From an uncultured delta proteobacterium (lineage in GTDB: Bacteria; Desulfobacterota; Desulfuromonadia; Desulfuromonadales; JACZKF01), in contig CAWFKQ010000005.1 of assembly GCA_963816395.1 (NCBI GenBank), positions 334,156-398,155 of the forward strand: DNA of 64,000 nt. The letters run 5' to 3'. Both the position numbers and the translations under genes were made by a program. The stretch's first letter is position 1. Each line of letters begins with the position of its first letter. Under the pieces are notes generated by a model, which worked only from the letters and a program-made list of their open reading frames with translations, was not told the origin of the DNA and ran no database searches. Positions 61,369 to 64,000 of the stretch are shown here, piece by piece.

Positions 61369-62544
61369 ATGCTTACTCACCGGCTCCATCGTTATATCCT
61401 GCAGGAAATCACCGTACCCGCCGGTTTGTCCCTGCTCATTTTCACCTTTGTCCTGTTCATGGGGCGCATCCTCCGGCTGGCGGAAATGGTTATCAGCAAA
61501 GGGGTGCCCCCGGCGGAGATCGGCAGGCTGTTCCTTTTCCTGATGCCAACCTTCCTGGTGCTCACCATCCCTCTGGCATTTCTTCTCGGAATTCTGCTCG
61601 GCTTCGGCCGCATGTCCGCCGACAGCGAGATCATCGCCCTGAAGTCTTCCGGAATCAGCCTGTACGGCATGCTGCGCCCGGCCCTTTTAGCGGCCCTGGT
61701 TGCCAGCCTGATCACCGCTGCCCTCACCCTGGTCGTCGAGCCGGCCGGCAATGCCGCATTTCGCCGGGAAATCTTCCAGATCGCCAGCAGCCGGGCCAGC
61801 ATCGGTATTCGGGAGAGGATCTTCAACGAAGATTTCGACGGCCTGGTTATTTACGCCAATGCCATCGATGAGCGCACGGGGCGCATGGACGGCGTTCTCA
61901 TCTACGATGAGCGGGTCGGCGACACCCCCTCGACCATCCTGGCCGCCACCGGCCGCATCCTTGCCGACCGGGACGCCCTTTCCCTTGACCTGCGCCTGGA
62001 GAACGGCACCATCCACCGGCGGCCGCAGGATCAATCGGACGCTTACCAGATCGTCGGCTTCAACACCTATGATGTCAATCTGAACCTTGGGCAACAGCTC
62101 GCGGAGCAGAAAAATCGCCGGAAAAAGGTCGCCGACATGGACACCAGCGAAATCATTCGCGCTCGTCGCGGCGCCGCCGCGGGGGAATATCGGCAAATGA
62201 CTGCGGAACTGCATCATCGCTTCATCCTGCCGCTGGCACCCCTTCTCTTTGCCCTGATCGGCGTTCCCCTTGGCATCCAGGCCCAGCGCTCGGGGCGAGG
62301 CGGCGGATTCGCCGTGGGGCTGCTGGTTTTCCTGTCCTACTATCTCCTCCTCTCCTTCGGAGAAACCCTGTTTGTTGAGGGAGGGTGGCCGGCGTTCATT
62401 CTCTGGCTCCCCAACCTTCTTTTCCTGGCCGGCGGCATGCTGCTCCTCGTTCTCTCCGCCAGGGAACGACATCTGCCTCACTTCGGCAGCCTCCTCGATT
62501 GTTTGCGACGCCCTTTTCGCCGGCAGCCGAAGGAGGTTGGATGA
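61369..62544 (+). CDS. lptF: LPS export ABC transporter permease LptF (YjgP/YjgQ family)
   Basis: ATG 61369: [35 protein letters not shown].. Confidence 0.85.
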   Translation: MLTHRLHRYILQEITVPAGLSLLIFTFVLFMGRILRLAEMVISKGVPPAEIGRLFLFLMPTFLVLTIPLAFLLGILLGFGRMSADSEIIALKSSGISLYGMLRPALLAALVASLITAALTLVVEPAGNAAFRREIFQIASSRASIGIRERIFNEDFDGLVIYANAIDERTGRMDGVLIYDERVGDTPSTILAATGRILADRDALSLDLRLENGTIHRRPQDQSDAYQIVGFNTYDVNLNLGQQLAEQKNRRKKVADMDTSEIIRARRGAAAGEYRQMTAELHHRFILPLAPLLFALIGVPLGIQAQRSGRGGGFAVGLLVFLSYYLLLSFGETLFVEGGWPAFILWLPNLLFLAGGMLLLVLSARERHLPHFGSLLDCLRRPFRRQPKEVG

Positions 62545-63623
62545 AACACATTGACCGTTATATCCTGACCACCTTCGGCCGGATTTTTTCCCTCTCCCTG
62601 GCCGCTTTCAGCGGGATTTACCTGCTGGTCGACTTCTTCGAGAGGGTTGATCATTTCGTCAGCAACCAGGCGGCGCCGGCACTCTATCTCCTCTACTTCG
62701 CCAGCAAACTGCCGATGATCATCGTCCAGGTTCTTCCCCTGGCCATCCTCATGGGGGTCTTCATGACCCTGGGCGGTTTTTCCCGCACCAGTGAACTGAC
62801 CGCCATGCGCGCCGGCGGTCTCAGCCTGTGGCGCATCTCCGCCCCGCTTATTCTCGTCTCGGTCGGGGCCGCCATTTTCCTGCTGGGCTTTGGAGAATAT
62901 GTCCTCCCGACCAGCACCCGCACCATGAATCATGTCTATGATGTGGAGGTCAAGGGCAAACCTGAATTGGAAAAACGGAGGGAAAACCTTTGGTTCCGGG
63001 AGGGCAATGCCATCGTGCACGTCCGCCTGGCGGTCCCCGAGGATCAATCGCTGGAAGGAATTACTATTTTCCGCATCGACGACCAGTTCCGCTTTCTCTC
63101 CCGGCTGGATGCCGCGCACGCGATTTATCAGCAACACGGTTGGCTTTTCCGCCAGGTCGACGAGCGGAATTTCAATCCGGCCACAGGCGATATTATCGGC
63201 CTGAAGCGTCTGCCGGAGCTGCCCTATGCCCTGGGCAAGACCCCTGCGGACTTTGCCGCACCGAGTGATGAAGACCTCGAACTCGGCATACGGGACCTGC
63301 AGCACCTGATCGGCAAACTCCAGAGCGAAGGCTATGACGCCACCCACTATCGCGTCGATCTGCAGGCGCGGCTCGCCACTCCTTTCGCCTGCGTCATCCT
63401 GGCCTTTCTCGGCATCCCCTTCGCCCTGCAGCAAGGGCGCAGCGCCGGACTGGCCGTGGGGATCGGCATCAGCGTGGGGATCGGCATTCTCTATTTCATT
63501 CTGCAGGCAATGCTGCAGGCTTTCGGCTACTCGGCGGTCCTGCCGCCCCCGGTGGCTGCCTGGGCGGCCAACCTGCTGTTCGGCCTGCTCGGCGTCTGGT
63601 TCCTGCTGTCGGTCAGGGAATGA
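62541..63623 (+). CDS. lptG: LPS export ABC transporter permease LptG (YjgP/YjgQ family)
   Basis: ATG 62541 (ATGA overlap with lptF): [36 protein letters not shown].. Confidence 0.85.
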   Translation: MKHIDRYILTTFGRIFSLSLAAFSGIYLLVDFFERVDHFVSNQAAPALYLLYFASKLPMIIVQVLPLAILMGVFMTLGGFSRTSELTAMRAGGLSLWRISAPLILVSVGAAIFLLGFGEYVLPTSTRTMNHVYDVEVKGKPELEKRRENLWFREGNAIVHVRLAVPEDQSLEGITIFRIDDQFRFLSRLDAAHAIYQQHGWLFRQVDERNFNPATGDIIGLKRLPELPYALGKTPADFAAPSDEDLELGIRDLQHLIGKLQSEGYDATHYRVDLQARLATPFACVILAFLGIPFALQQGRSAGLAVGIGISVGIGILYFILQAMLQAFGYSAVLPPPVAAWAANLLFGLLGVWFLLSVRE

Positions 63624-63712
63624 CCGGCGGCAAAACGGCTTTTCATCGCCTTCGCGTGGACCGCAGTCCGTGTGGAAATGCTATAATGAGTTTGTCCTGC
63701 AAGGGAGGCGAT

Positions 63713-64000
63713 ATGCACCGTCTGCTGCTGATAGTCTGGCTGGCTTTCTGGCCTTGCGCCGCCGGCGCCGTGGTCACCGGCATCGCCCCGGCCGCCGCCG
63801 CCCCGGGAATCCCGGTCACCGTCATCGGCGGCCCCTTTGACCAGGGGACACGGGTTACCCTCGGCGACCGCGAGATCATCCCGGAAACCATTGCCCCGCA
63901 CCAGCTGACCTTTACCGTCCCCTCCCTGGCGGAAGGGGAATATGCCTTTTCCCTTCGGGGCACCGGGAGCAGTAGTGTTTCCCAGGCGTTTATCTTCCGA
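63713..64000 (+). CDS. Secreted protein with an IPT/TIG-like N-terminal repeat, truncated by the window end
   Basis: AGGGAGG then ATG 63713: MHRLLLIVWLAFWPCAAGAVVTGIAPAAAAPGIPVTVIGGPFDQGTRVTLGDREIIPETIAPHQLTFTVPSLAEGEYAFSL.. Open to base 64000, so not in the ORF track. Confidence 0.5.
   Translation, partial: MHRLLLIVWLAFWPCAAGAVVTGIAPAAAAPGIPVTVIGGPFDQGTRVTLGDREIIPETIAPHQLTFTVPSLAEGEYAFSLRGTGSSSVSQAFIFR

Overview
High-GC chromosomal segment whose gene content and order look like Desulfuromonadales (Geobacter/Desulfuromonas-type Deltaproteobacteria); this placement rests on synteny as I remember it. Almost all genes are on the minus strand. Left to right:
- Sulfate activation: cysNC (runs off the left edge), cysD and an SLC13-type permease.
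- A HIT protein, an SbcCD-like nuclease, a tetrapyrrole-methylase-family protein and tlyA.
- A glycan-modification cluster (GT9 plus methyltransferase, GT2, methyltransferase, histidine phosphatase, glycoside hydrolase) headed by a PrsK-like histidine kinase.
- qor (+).
- A complete L-Ara4N lipid A modification (arn) cluster.
- An OsmC-family gene (+) interrupted by one in-frame TGA.
- A CaCA antiporter, a TPR lipoprotein, PBP1B and an MltB-like transglycosylase (+).
- Decayed PIN-toxin and integrase fragments next to ssrA (tmRNA) and smpB.
- A core block: rseC-like gene, amidohydrolase, PLP decarboxylase (PanP-like), panC, panB, two orphan small ORFs (+), leuD-leuC-leuA with a T-box leader, pssA-psd, ilvC-ilvN-ilvB-ilvD, tsaB, rseP, dxr, cdsA, uppS, a small ferredoxin, frr, pyrH, tsf, rpsB, then lptF-lptG (+) and a partial secreted protein.

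Main observations:
1. At least ten short intergenic spacers inside co-directional operons are filled by hairpin-forming elements built from tandem heptanucleotides. One GC-rich subfamily has a clear consensus and includes a 44-bp x 4 tandem array.
2. The OsmC gene has TGA exactly at the catalytic-Cys position, followed by SECIS-like hairpins, so it is a candidate selenoprotein.
3. There is a T-box leader with an intrinsic terminator upstream of leuA.
4. About 23 single-nucleotide frame changes split 16 otherwise recognisable genes. They are confined to roughly 1.8-33 kb and 53-55 kb, while 18 kb of core genes in between are intact. I cannot tell sequencing error from decay using the sequence alone.
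5. A decayed integration site lies at the tmRNA 3-prime end.

No CRISPR array, rRNA or tRNA was found. Many long plus-strand ORFs in the track are antisense shadows of minus-strand genes.
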